Below, one piece after another: positions 1 to 12,718 of a stretch of 64,000 nucleotides of DNA (its first letter is position 1; every line of letters begins with the position of its first letter). Below the pieces are notes generated by a model. That model did not search any database. It saw only the letters and a list, made by a program, of their open reading frames with translations, and was not told the origin of the DNA. The stretch is from Paraspadella gotoi (lineage: Eukaryota > Animalia > Chaetognatha), in assembly GCA_051294375.1 (NCBI GenBank), contig CM119266.1:12567928-12631927 (forward strand), in the 5' to 3' direction. A program made the position numbers and the translations under genes.

Positions 1-460
1 GGGGAAAGCGAGGCGGGCCCTTTGGAACAGGGGGGTGGCGCTCCCGCGGGCGCTGCTGCGGAATATTTAGTGCTCCGGCGGCTGTCGTGGGGAAACGCTT
101 CCCGACTCGCGGAGTCAACTGCCGTTTAATAATGTACGACAATGTGCTTTAAGCGTCGGTTTTATGAGGCCGGAGGCTGCCTGAGATTGATCTCTTCATG
201 GCCTGCTTCGCCCACACCCTTTGCCCGTCGCCGATTATATGAGCATTAGAGAGAGAATGAGAGAGAGAGAGAGAGAAGAGAAGAGATCGATGACTGCAGA
301 GAGAGAGAATGAAGCAGACTGATATGACAGCGAAGGAGAGTGATGATCGATCTGAGAGAGAGACGCAACCATCGAGAGACGAGATGCGAGAGACGAAACG
401 AACATAGGCTCGGATGTCCCTCACCGCCACCCTATGACTTGTGTGATCTTCTTGCTCATA

Positions 461-925
461 CTGCTTAACTGAATAATGTCCTAGTTACGTCCGGTTCGAC
501 TGCCTACTCGCGGCGGCCGGCCAAAGTGTATTGGCGATTCGAAAAATAGAACAAACCTTCGGGACATCTCTTGACTTCGTCCGATTAGCGACATGAATTC
601 GGCGAACTGAAATTCAGCCGATCGGACTTATGCGCCTCTAGAATAGCATGAAAAGACGAGGCGGCAACAGTGAACAAAACACACACCGGGATTTCTATAT
701 TCTCTCCTCTTTTAAGAGAACGAACAACTCGATGTGTGTTGACTTTTTTTTAACTGAATTTATACTCGTTCGACGCCGGCGCGGCAAAGTTTATTGGCCC
801 ATTCGGAAATAGACTCGGGAATTGACTCGTCCGATTAGGAATGGAGTTCGGGAACTGAATTCAGCCGATCGGATATGGGCTCTAGAATAGATTGAAAAAA
901 GAGGGGAGAAAAAAAACACCTGGAT
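461..925 (+). repeat. Noisy tandem duplication (~461-700 / ~748-925); probable artefact
   Basis: Shared anchors taactgaat, cgtccgattag, gaactga(a)attcagccgatcgga and ctctagaatag; the first copy is insertion-rich. Confidence 0.7.
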
Positions 926-3900
926 TTTATTGTACGTAATAGTTTTCGGAGAAGAATTTATTTCGCTTCGAAATGTATTGGGTGAATAAAAAATGAGAAT
1001 CTCACCAAAAGCGGTGATTACAAAAAGCAGTTTCGGAAATAAACCCAGACATATTCATTCCGTCACCAATCTTTTTGTCAATTGTTTATTTAATAAGCAA
1101 TTTTTTTCGGTTATTTGACAATTTAAATAAATTTATACAGTTATTCTAGGCCATTTTAGTTTTTTTTCGTAATAGGAAAATTGAAAAAAATTTAAAAAAT
1201 TTGCAACGTTCCTAGAAAAACTGAAAAATATTTTGTCAAATCCAAAAAGTTTTTTTCAATCTTTTTCCACCAGTACATCTCGGGTTAGAGGTCGCCGACT
1301 TACGCCGACAGAAAGCGTAAGAAAAAGTCTTCCCAGCCAAGACCAAGTCCCAAAAAAAAGGAGTAAGAGGGTCGCGTTTAGTCACAGTCTGGCGACGACA
1401 ACCGTAAAACTCTACTTTGAGACGCAGTAAAAATTCCGACGCCATCTCACGCGTCTCCTCGAGAAGCTTCCGCCTCCGCCTCGCCCTAGTTTAACGCCTC
1501 CGTCGCCTCTGGGCTTCTTTTATCTTCTTCTGGTCTCTTTAGTTTAAGTTCTTTGTCTCCTTCTTTGTCTTCCGTTTCTTCCCTTGTCTCCTTCTGGACT
1601 CTTTAGTTGTTCTTCTTTTCCTTCTACTACTTCTTTGTCCTTCTGTTCGTTTGTCTCCTTCTTTCATTTACTTCACTCTCTTCGTTTCTCCTTCCTTTGT
1701 TTCCTTTCCTTCTCTATTCCCTCTTTGTCTTTTCTATGTTTTCTTTTGTCTCCTCTGAGACTTTTTTCTTCTTCTTTATTTTTTCTTCTCCTTCTTTACC
1801 TATTTTTCTTTCATTCATTTATTTTCCTTTTAATATACTTTCTATCTTCCTCCTTTCCCTCCTCCTCCCTTCCTCCCACCGGAAAACATTGTTTTCCTTT
1901 CCTCGACAATCTCTTTATTCTTTATTCTCTTCTCCCACTCGATCATCCTCCTCCTTCCTCCTCGAATTCCCTCTCGAACCTCTCCTCAATCATGCCCTTA
2001 ACCATGCCCTTAACCATGCCTTTCGGGCCAAAAGATTTCCTCTCCGCCCTCGCATCCCGCACTCCCGCTTCCTCGTCTTCCTTCTCCCTTTCCTCTCCCT
2101 CTCCCTCTCCACCTACCTCTCTTCTCAATGTAATCCTCCAAGTAAAAACTGGGTTAAGTCAACATCAGTACACCTCTCAATGGAAAAATGAAAAGTAGGG
2201 CGAGTCATCGGATCGGGGCCCCCGATTTTTACAATCTTTACTCTTACCCAGAGCCGCGTTTTATATTTTTTNNNNNNNNNNNNNNNNNNNNNNNNNNNNN
2301 NNNNNNNNNNNNNNNNNNNNNNNNNNNNNNNNNNNNNNNNNNNNNNNNNNNNNNNNNNNNNNNNNNNNNNNNNNNNNNNNNNNNNNNNNNNNNNNNNNNN
2401 NNNNNNNNNNNNNNNNNNNNNNNNNNNNNNNNNNNNNNNNNNNNNNNNNNNNNNNNNNNNNNNNNNNNNNNNNNNNNNNNNNNNNNNNNNNNNNNNNNNN
2501 NNNNNNNNNNNNNNNNNNNNNNNNNNNNNNNNNNNNNNNNNNNNNNNNNNNNNNNNNAGCGAGAGAGAGAGAAGGAAAAATAAAACCCTCTGAAAAATGA
2601 ATGACTATTTTTCTTCGCAAACGAGGTTCTTCATTCTCTCATTTTTTTGTTGACGAATGGAACTTCAATATTTCATTCCGTTTTTTTCTTTTTTTTCTTT
2701 TGAAAATAGTTTTGTTTGTTTTCGATATGTTTCTCTAAATGACTTTATATTGATACTTTTGACTATTTTCCTTTCGTTCTTTCATTCTCGACTTTTCTTT
2801 TCTATTATCTTTTTTTCCCTTTTCCTCATGTTGAATGTTCAATAGTTTTCTTTTCTTTCTTTTGTTCCCTTCTTTTTTCCCCTTCCCAGCCCTCCTCTCC
2901 TCCCCTCTTTTTTTCCTTCCCCATCCCCAGGGGACGGGGATTAGTCGAACCCCGGGGATAAAAAGGAAAAAGGATTCTCCTCGATATTCGGAGAAACATT
3001 CGACGGAAAAGACGTCGAATCTTCTGGAATCTTTAAGCGGTGGAGGGGGGCGGAGAGAAAGAGGAAAGTTGGTATTTTTTTCCTCGGGAAAAGGAGGTGA
3101 GGTTAAAAACTTACTTTCTTTGGGTTAAGAAGGAAGAAAGGAAGATCTTAACTAATCCTTTCTTTTGCCCTCTCGTCCGTCCGAACGCGATACAAGGAAA
3201 AACATGATTCCCCTTCTTCGATTTCTCCCCGCGAGGTGGGGATCGGTGGGGATCAGCGGGGATCGGCGGGGATCAAAGGCAAAAGAGATCCCGCCGCGAC
3301 GGCGATCGCCGATCGGTCTTTTCGCTTCCGACCCCGCCCTCTTTTCGATCGCGAGGGACAGCGGGAATTCTTTCTTTCTTTCTCTCTTTCTTTCTTTCTC
3401 TCGCTCGCCAGTTTCGGGTCCGCCCTTTCTCCTCGATCTTCCCCCCTACCCCCTCTTCCCCTTTCTACATACGCACGAACCAGCTGACGCAAAGTCCGAC
3501 GATGACTACAACAACAATAACAACAACGACTAAAGAAGNNNNNNNNNNNNNNNNNNNNNNNNNNNNNNNNNNNNNNNNNNNNNNNNNNNNNNNNNNNNNN
3601 NNNNNNNNNNNNNNNNNNNNNNNNNNNNNNNNNNNNNNNNNNNNNNNNNNNNNNNNNNNNNNNNNNNNNNNNNNNNNNNNNNNNNNNNNNNNNNNNNNNN
3701 NNNNNNNNNNNNNNNNNNNNNNNNNNNNNNNNNNNNNNNNNNNNNNNNNNNNNNNNNNNNNNNNNNNNNNNNNNNNNNNNNNNNNNNNNNNNNNNNNNNN
3801 NNNNNNNNNNNNNNNNNNNNNNNNNNNNNNNNNNNNNNNNNNNNNNNNNNNNNNNNNNNNNNNNNNNNNNNNNNNNNNNNNNNNNNNNNNNNNNNNNNNN

Positions 3901-4686
3901 NNNNNNNNNNNNNNNNNNNNNNNNNNNNNNNNNNNNNNNNNNNNNNNNNNNNNNNNNNNNNNNNNNNNNNNNNNNNNNNNNNNNNNNNNNNNNNNNNNNN
4001 NNNNNNNNNNNNNNNNNNNNNNNNNNNNNNNNNNNNNNNNNNNNNCCGATCCCCATCGTCAATCAGCGCTTTCATCCCTTTTGCACCCCCGGATGTCGCT
4101 GCTTCAAGTGGATCCTTCATCCCCCGGATTTCCGCGTTTATCCTCCGCGGATGAAAATGGCCGTTATTTCTTCGAAGAAAATGCCCCCTCCGATTTGTCA
4201 ACGCTGCTTGTTAGCTTGCTCGCTTGCCGCCCTCTTGTAGCTGAATTTTTATGACTGGCGCCTTTTTTTTTTCTCCAACGTTGGCTGAAAGATTTTAGCT
4301 GGGGAAGTATTTGCAATTTTGCAGAGTGTTTTTTTCGAGTGTAGTAGTAGATTAATGTATACAGTAAACTAATTTTTGTGGTTTTTATACATTTATTTGC
4401 TAACTCCTTTTCTAAATCAAGAGCATTATAAGCGTTTTGTGGATTAGAGTTTCGCCGGAAGAGGCTCTCTCTCAACCAAAGAAAAAAAAATCTCAGTTTT
4501 CTCTCGTTTTTTTTCTTTTATTCTTTGTTTTTCTTATTATTAGTTTTACTTGTTTACTTTTCTCGAGGAAACTTTTATCGTCGCGCGTCCGTCTTTTGTT
4601 TTCTCTCTTATTATTTTTCTGCGTCTTGGCAAGTGATTATTTTTATGTCTCTTCGCCCGCACTATTATTCTCGCGATGAAGTCTCT

Positions 4687-4691
<5 letters not shown>

Positions 4692-4765
<74 letters not shown>
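4692..4765 (+). repeat. (CT)n microsatellite
   Basis: Perfect dinucleotide run. Confidence 0.97.
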
Positions 4766-4769
<4 letters not shown>

Positions 4770-6313
4770 ATTTTTCCTTCCAATATATATGCTTAATCTC
4801 TTTATTTTTTTTCCCCTTTCATGTTCCTTCTTCCTTTTCTCATAATATGAAATATGATCTCATAAGTTATTCCAAATGCGATTTTCGCAGCGCGTTGAAT
4901 TTTCATTCAATGTTCAAAATACATCTGATTTTCAAGATCAAAACTTTTATTTCTCATATCAGAAATCTAAAAAATTGGTTTTTAATGAGGGAATTTCGTT
5001 TTTAATAAAAAAGACCTATTCAGGACACGACATCTCCATATTGAATGATGATGAGCTTTTGACGCGGTTTGACGACAAAATAGCGGGCGCTTGTGCGTTT
5101 TTAGAGGATGTCTAATTGTCTATGTGAAGCGCCCCTGAGGTTCTGCGGAGTGTCTGCCATGCACTTGAAAAGTCCTCAGAACCCATTTGAGAAGATTGGC
5201 CAGTTGTACTCCAAATGTGACTGCTGCTATGTGCGCGAGCTCTTTAGGTCCTGTGAACATTCACTACGGAACAACTCCGTGATCCCCTGAGAGAAAAAAA
5301 ACAAGGGTGCGTCTCTCTCGACTCAAACGCGAGTTGAGTGTAATTCGATTTTTGGAAACGACCTCGAAACGAAGGCGCGTCTCTCTCTCTCTCTCTCTCT
5401 CTCTNNNNNNNNNNNNNNNNNNNNNNNNNNNNNNNNNNNNNNNNNNNNNNNNNNNNNNNNNNNNNNNNNNNNNNNNNNNNNNNNNNNNNNNNNNNNNNNN
5501 NNNNNNNNNNNNNNNNNNNNNNNNNNNNNNNNNNNNNNNNNNNNNNNNNNNNNNNNNNNNNNNNNNNNNNNNNNNNNNNNNNNNNNNNNNNNNNNNNNNN
5601 NTTTTTCCCCTCAAGTTGTCTTGCTTTTCCCTGTATTTTCGTTTTACATTATTTATTATTCTTTTGTTGTTTACCTTCTTTCACTTTTTCTTTCAATTTT
5701 ATTTCACTTTGACATTTAGAAAGGAGAAAATAAAATGAACTCGATGATCGAAAGGTGAAGAGCGAAAGAGTTCGATGCCAAAAGAAACTTCTTCACTTTT
5801 TCCAAAGAATGAGAGAAAAAAAAAAGAAGAAATTCCTCACGTGGTTATTTTCACCTTCCACCCGTGAAGACGACGACGCCGCCTTATTAGAGAGGGAAAA
5901 AAAAGCATAGGGTTCGTAGGTGCCAAAGCTGGGACGAGAAGCGTCTTTCTCGGAGGCGGTAACGCTCGTCTAGACGGCTGCTTTATGCTAATGTAACGAN
6001 NNNNNNNNNNNNNNNNNNNNNNNNNNNNNNNNNNNNNNNNNNNNNNNNNNNNNNNNNNNNNNNNNNNNNNNNNNNNNNNNNNNNNNNNNNNNNNNNNNNN
6101 NNNNNNNNNNNNNNNNNNNNNNNNNNNNNNNNNNNNNNNNNNNNNNNNNNNNNNNNNNNNNNNNNNNNNNNNNNNNNNNNNNNNNNNNNNNNAGAGAGAG
6201 AGAGAGAGAGAGAGTTAAATATTTCCCTATGGAACAAGAAGAAGACAGAAAATGAGCCTTGGACTCATCACTCTCGAAGAATCGTTGAAATCGACGGGAA
6301 AAATGGTGGAGAC

Positions 6314-6410
6314 TTTTTAGTTGCGCCGCGAGTACTCGCGAAGCAACTCTATAAGTCACTTTTCGGTCGGCCCGTCGGTCGATTGGTATGTCCGTCTGTC
6401 GTTCTGTCTT
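6314..6410 (+). mobile_element. Helentron/HINE-like non-autonomous element head
   Basis: T-run, hairpin agttgc-gc-cgcgagtactcgcg-aa-gcaact, then a GTCG/GTCY tetramer tract. A related copy lies at 63290-63388 (-). Confidence 0.45.
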
Positions 6411-7224
6411 ACTTATGTTAAAAATTCATATAATTTTCTTATAGTTGTTTGTTTATTTGTTAAGACAGAAGAGAACCTCAATTCTAAGGGACTGCTTGCG
6501 CCGCCTTCAGGAATTCCTTAAACTATCAAGAATAAAAGAAAGAATTTTGATGCAGTGCATGTCATATATACACAGGCAAAACATTTTTTATTCATGTCAT
6601 GTCATGTTATATTATGTGATCAAAAGGAAAAAAGTCACTGCGGCGCAACACATTGGAATTACCGTTCTTGTTTTCTTTTCTTCGAAATTTTCTTCTTTTT
6701 ATCAGCTTTTCTTTTTTTCCTTATTTTTTCTTTTTTCCTTTTTTTTCTCTTTTAATGAAGATAAAGCTATTTTTGAGTTTCCAGGGACTAAAACTGTTTA
6801 ATAAGACGTTTTTCTTCTTCGATTGCGAATAATAGAGAACACAATTTTTTCCCATTTTTTTTTTTCTGACGGTAGAACTCGGAGAAAAAATGATCATTTT
6901 ATTGACTTCATAAAAATTAATGGAATCATATAAAGTTTGTTATTTCAATTTAATGATGTGAAAATTATACTCAAAGTCTCGGTGCTTGTCGTTGTTGTTG
7001 TTGTTGTTGTTTCTTTCGGCCAATAAATTACCAGAACGAAGCGTTTGTCGATAACCGACAGTTGACGAGTTGACACCGCTTGACAAATTCGTGTCAAGCG
7101 TTCTCCCAGCCGCGTTCTTCCAGCTTTCACGTTCTCGTTCTCCCCTCGATTAATCATTTACGCCAAGAACCGCGAGGCNNNNNNNNNNNNNNNNNNNNNN
7201 NNNACGATCTCGAAACGAAGGCGC

Positions 7225-7277
<53 letters not shown>

Positions 7278-7922
7278 CTCTCTCGTCTCTCTCTCTGTCT
7301 CTCTCTCTCTCTCTCTCGCTCTCCTCTCTCTCTCTCTCTTCTTCCGAGCGCGCGAGAGATTCGAATGATTCTTCGGCCAAAAGAAAAAAAAAACATAAAG
7401 AAAATATTTTAAAGTGCTGGAGATTATGAATTACTACTTTTTCCCTCAAGTTGTCTTGCTTTTTCCCTGTATTTCGTTTTACATTATTTATATTCTTTTG
7501 TTGTTTACCTTCTTTCACTTTTTTCTTTCATTTTTATTTCACTTGACATTTAGAAAGAAGAAAATAAAATGAACTCGATGATCGAAAGGTGAAGAGCGAA
7601 AAGAGTTCGATAGCCAAAAGAAACTTCTTCACTTTTTTCCAAAGAATGAGAGAAAAAAAAAAGAAGAAATTCCTCACGTGGTTATTTTTCACCTTCCACC
7701 GTGAAGACGACGACGCCGCCTTATTAGAGAGGGAAAAAAAGCATAGGGTTCGTAGGTGCCAAAAGCTGGGACGAGAAGCGTCTTTCTCGGAGGCGGGTAA
7801 CGCTCGTCTAGACAGGCTGCTTTATGCTAATAGTAACGAATTCTGGTCGTTAAACGCTAGAATATACTACAATAGTGGGCAGGGGAACGGGGAAAAAAAA
7901 AAATCCTGGGTCGATAATGATC

Positions 7923-7968
<46 letters not shown>

Positions 7969-8104
7969 AGAGAGAGATTGAGAGAGAGGAGAAGAGAGAG
8001 AGAGTTAAATATTTCCCTATGGAACAAGAAGAAGACAGAAAATGAGCCTATGGACTCATCACTCTCGAAGAATCGTTGAAATCGACGGGAAAAATGGTGG
8101 AGAC

Positions 8105-8200
8105 TTTTTAGTTGCGCCGGAGTACTCAGCGAAGCAACTCTATAAGTCACTTTTCGGTCGCCCCGTCGGTCGATTGTATGTCCGTCTGTCGTTCTGCTCT
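8105..8200 (+). mobile_element. Second copy of the HINE-like head, inside the likely artefactual duplication
   Basis: Near-identical to 6314-6410 apart from small indels. Confidence 0.4.
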
Positions 8201-9110
8201 TACTTATGTTAAAAATTCATATAATTTCTTATAGTTGTTTGTTATTTTGTTAAGACAGAGAACCTCAATTCTAAGGACTGCTTGCGCCGCCTTCAGGAAT
8301 TCCTTAACTATCAAGGAATAAAAGAAAGAATTTGCAATGCAGTGCATGTCATATATACACAGGCAAAACATTTTTTATTCATGTCATGTCATGTTATATT
8401 ATGTGATCAAAAGGAAAAAAGTCACTGCGGCGCAACACTTGAATTATTCTGTTTTCTTTCTTCGAAATTTCCTTCTTTTTATCAGCTTTCTTTTTTTCCT
8501 TATTTTTTCTTTTTTCTTTTTTTTCTCTTTTAATGAAATAAAGCTATTTTTGAGTTTCCAGGGACTAAAACTGTTTAATAAGACGTTTTTCTTCTTTCGA
8601 TTGGCGAATAATAACGAGAACACAATTTTTTCCCATTTTTTTTTTTCTGACGGTAGAACTGGAGAAAAAGATGATCATTTTATGACTTCATAAAAATTAA
8701 TGGAATCATATAACGTTTGTATTTCAATTAATGATGTGGAAAATTATACCAACAGTCTCGGTGCTTGTCGTTGTTGTTGTTGTTGTTGATTTTTTTTCGG
8801 CCAATAAATTACCAGAACGAAGCGTTTGTCGATAACGACAGTTGACGAGTTGACACCGCTGACAATTCGTGTCAAGCGTTCTCCCAGCCGCGTCTTCCAG
8901 CTTTCACGTTCTCGTCTCACTCGATTAATCACTTCCGCAAGAACGCGAGCCGGCGACGTCGGTTCTCAATTCCAATTTGACGAAACTGAAAGAAATAAAG
9001 AGAAAAAAAAAAAGAGGCTCAGTCTCTCACGTCTCACCGATTCGCATTTCGATCTTGACCTCGTCCTACTTTTTTTGAGAGAGAGAGAGAGAGAGAGATG
9101 AGAGAGAGGC

Positions 9111-9157
<47 letters not shown>

Positions 9158-12100
9158 TCCTCTTCCACGAGGTCGGAAGGCGACATCAGGCGGCCTGCGG
9201 CGGCCTCAGCCCCGAACGGCCTGAACGATCCCTGCGGGCTGCGACCCCAGGGGCGAACCCCGGGGTCAGAGTCCTCTTCGAATTCATTGGGTAAAGCGAG
9301 AAAAAAACGACGCTAGAGGGCTGAGGAGGAAGAGGAAGAGGAAGAGGAAGAGATCGCGGAGGACAAAAAACGTTCGCCTCCATTTCTGGAGGTCGTGAGT
9401 GGAAGAAAATGGCGGCGGGCGGCGGGCGGCGGAGATGGCCGCAGCGGTGGTAATTCCGGTCAAGTGGCGGTCATTTGGCGATGAGACCGCTGGGGGGATT
9501 TTGCTCGAGATTGTTAGAGAAATTGGGTTTGGGAAAGAATCTCCCCCTTTTTTTTTTATGGGACAAACGAATGACGTGACGACTAATTTTGGGCATCAGT
9601 TATAAGTTAATTTCGCACTTCACATTTTAAGAGCGAGAAAATCTACGCGGAGTTTAAAAAAAAAACTCAATGGCCAGAAATGCGATTAAAAAAAAATTAA
9701 AGTTACAGACGCGAGAGCAAAAAAAGATAAGCTAAAAGGTAAGATATATACCTGTGCACGACAAATAAAAAAAAATGGAAGAGAAAAAAGTAAATATATT
9801 CTAGCAAAAAAAAAACTGGAGTGACAGAATCTGACGAAAAAAAAAAACCTCAAGAAACTTAAACAAAAACCACGAAACAGAAATAAAACAGAAAAAAAAA
9901 ACAGGGTTTGCAATAAGGGGAAAAAAAATTGGTTGACATCGGTTGTGACCTTCGACGTTGGACTCGCCCGAATGCTCTCGACCCGGAAAACTAATGTCTC
10001 CCAATTTCACGCAAATTTAACCGGAAATCTGGAGAGACAGAAAAAAAAGAGAGAGAATCCTCTCTGCCAGGCACGGACGGAGAGGGGAGACTTTGCCCGG
10101 TCTGGCACGCCATACCGCGTTAAGGCCGTTCAGTGTTTATATTATATACTAAAAGCAGTAAAATGTCCAAACAGATGATTGAGTAAGAAAAGCTCAAAGT
10201 TTTTTTTTCCTAATTTTTTAAAAAAACTTTGTTAACCTTTTCCAAATGCAATAGGATGACCTTCACTCTGTGAAAAACCTCCTATATAAACGAAATCCAG
10301 CTCCTCCCCCCGACAAAAAAAAATGGGGGCGGACGAGCCCCTTTGCCCGAGTAAAACGTCGCAAAGATGGAAACGAAAACAGAAGGAAAGAAAAAAATGG
10401 TTGCCAATTAATTGTCCGACAAATGAGGCGAAAGAAAAACAAACAAGTCAACTAAATGACCGTTAAGCGCGCAAACCTGCCGCATTAGGTTCGTGTTAAA
10501 TCACCGGCCCCTTGCCTGCAAATCTCTCCCGATGTTTCTTTTTGTTTTTTGTTTGTCTTTCTTTTTTTATCTCTCTCTNNNNNNNNNNNNNNNNNNNNNN
10601 NNNNNNNNNNNNNNNNNNNNNNNNNNNNNNNNNNNNNNNNNNNNNNNNNNNNNNNNNNNNNNNNNNNNNNNNNNNNNNNNNNNNNNNNNNNNNNNNNNNN
10701 NNNNNNNNNNNNNNNNNNCCTCGCTTTTTTCCCCTGATGAGCGTTTTGAACCTAATCAAAGCTGCATCTCACGTGTTTAACCTTTTTCTTCGAGCGCCCG
10801 GCGCGGGCGAGATTAAAGAAGGGGGAACGCGTTCCATCGCCTCTGAAGCCGTAAAACCACCTAAAAACAAAAACCACCACGGATTAAACCACCCTGAAAC
10901 CACCCTCGGTTCTCTAGAAAGGCCCTAGACGACCTCCGTAAAACTTGAAAGGCTTTAATAACTTCCTTGAAGAAACTTACCCGCCCACTCCTTTCGCCAA
11001 GGATTCGATCACGTACAGCGACGCGTTTCGGCGCCAGAAGCGATCTTCATTCTGAGCAGACGATGCACACCCTTGCCTCACCTTCGCATTCACTCACCAG
11101 TCTCTTTTTCACCCTTTCACTGCTTCACAGTTCCTTCCTTTGCCCCTCACTTTTTTTCTTTCTTCACGCTCGGCTTCTCATTGCCGAACAACTCGCTCGT
11201 TCGTTCCTTCATTCTTTTCTTCTTTCCTTCCTTTATTCGTTCTATCTTTTTTTACATTTTATGCGATATAAAGTTCAGATTGCTTTGCCATTGCCTTATT
11301 CGTTTTTATTTTTTGACATTTGATCGACATTTGCGACAAAACTATTTTCATCTAAGTAGGTCGTTTCTGTTTCAACCATTTGTTCCTCAAGCTGTAGAGT
11401 TGTTCCCTTTTAAATCGCTACCTTTATGTGTCCGCCCTTCCGATTTATGTGCCACGCCCATCGTCCGTCACCCGTCGCCCGACACAGCGTGACTTGACCT
11501 TGTGATAGGGGGAGACTAANNNNNNNNNNAAAGAAAAAATGGCGTCTATCTCATTTCGCATTCAAATTACATTTTTTAAAAAAATTGATAGACAATTTTT
11601 TTTTATATTACTCATTACTCCATATTATTAATTTTGTTAATATTTATTTATAAATAGGAAAGGCCCTAAAATTTTTTTTGGGGATTTTTTTATTTCAAGA
11701 TCAGATTTAGGAGCTTGCAAAAAGTTGTCTACACAAAGTATAATTATTTTTTCGATATTCTTGATCATAAGTAGCTTGAAAAATATGAAAAACTATTTAT
11801 AATCATCATCATCATCATTTTTCGATAATTTTATTACTTTTTCTTAATTTTACCAAGAAAACAATAAATATTTTCGAAAGTTGTGAGTTAAATTTTTTAT
11901 TGAACTTTTATGCTCTATCAGAATCATTCCAAAAAAGTTAAGATTGATTTTAAAAATTTTTTTTATCATTATATAGTAATATGTAATCTTAATAGCAACC
12001 AATAAAAGCATTAAAATCGAACTTTTTTAAAAATTCTTTTTTTTAACCTAAAAGTAGACTTCAAGACCTAAAGTTTTGAAACCCCGCCCCTATTGAATTT

Positions 12101-12249
12101 ATTCATAGGAGATTTCACTTGTGAATCCTCGCCCTTCGCGCCAAAAACAAAAAAATGCCCGTCTATCTCATTTCGCATTCAAATTTACATTTTAACCGAA
12201 TGAGACAAGTTTCTGAAGTTTTGAAAACCAGAGGCGGAGACGGAGAGAG

Positions 12250-12286
<37 letters not shown>

Positions 12287-12681
12287 TGATGACGAGAAGA
12301 GAGCACGATGAGAGGAGAGAGAGAGACGAGAGAGAGAGCAGAAATAGAGAGAGAGAAAAGATAAAATAAATCCTTGAAAAACCTAATTTCGAGAACAAGG
12401 GGAACAACGGGCGACAATAATTAAAACAACGATAAAAACCGCGAAAAAAAAAAGAAAGACGAAAGTGCGGATCGTAACTAAGGACCTTGGAGGAGAGATT
12501 TCATGGAACAGCCCTTCATCGTCCCGGAGGATACTTTTATAAATTACGAGGAATGTTATCTCGAAAATTAGGGCGATTTTTTTTTTTTCCTGTTCTTTTT
12601 TTTTTTCTTGCTCCTCCTCCTAATGGGTTAGCGGCGTTCGAAAAAGATTGCGGAAGGATTTGGGATTTGAGAAGATTTGAA

Positions 12682-12718
<37 letters not shown>

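Larger units (their letters stand above)
5358..8950 (+). repeat. ~1.8-kb tandem duplication (5358-7178 / 7204-8950) across a 25-N gap; probable assembly artefact
   Basis: The copies are collinear and differ mostly by 1-nt indels in homopolymers. Confidence 0.85.

Noticed and set aside
1584-2198. Long Phe/Ser/Leu ORFs (also 28830, 30820, 49331, 60045) and SL/RE ORFs
   Set aside because: Products of pyrimidine-rich or dinucleotide low-complexity DNA lacking stop codons; ORFs spanning N gaps are likewise meaningless.
9251-9266. 16-bp identity gggcgaaccccggggt with 55675-55690
   Set aside because: Short, GC-rich and semi-palindromic with no flanking similarity.
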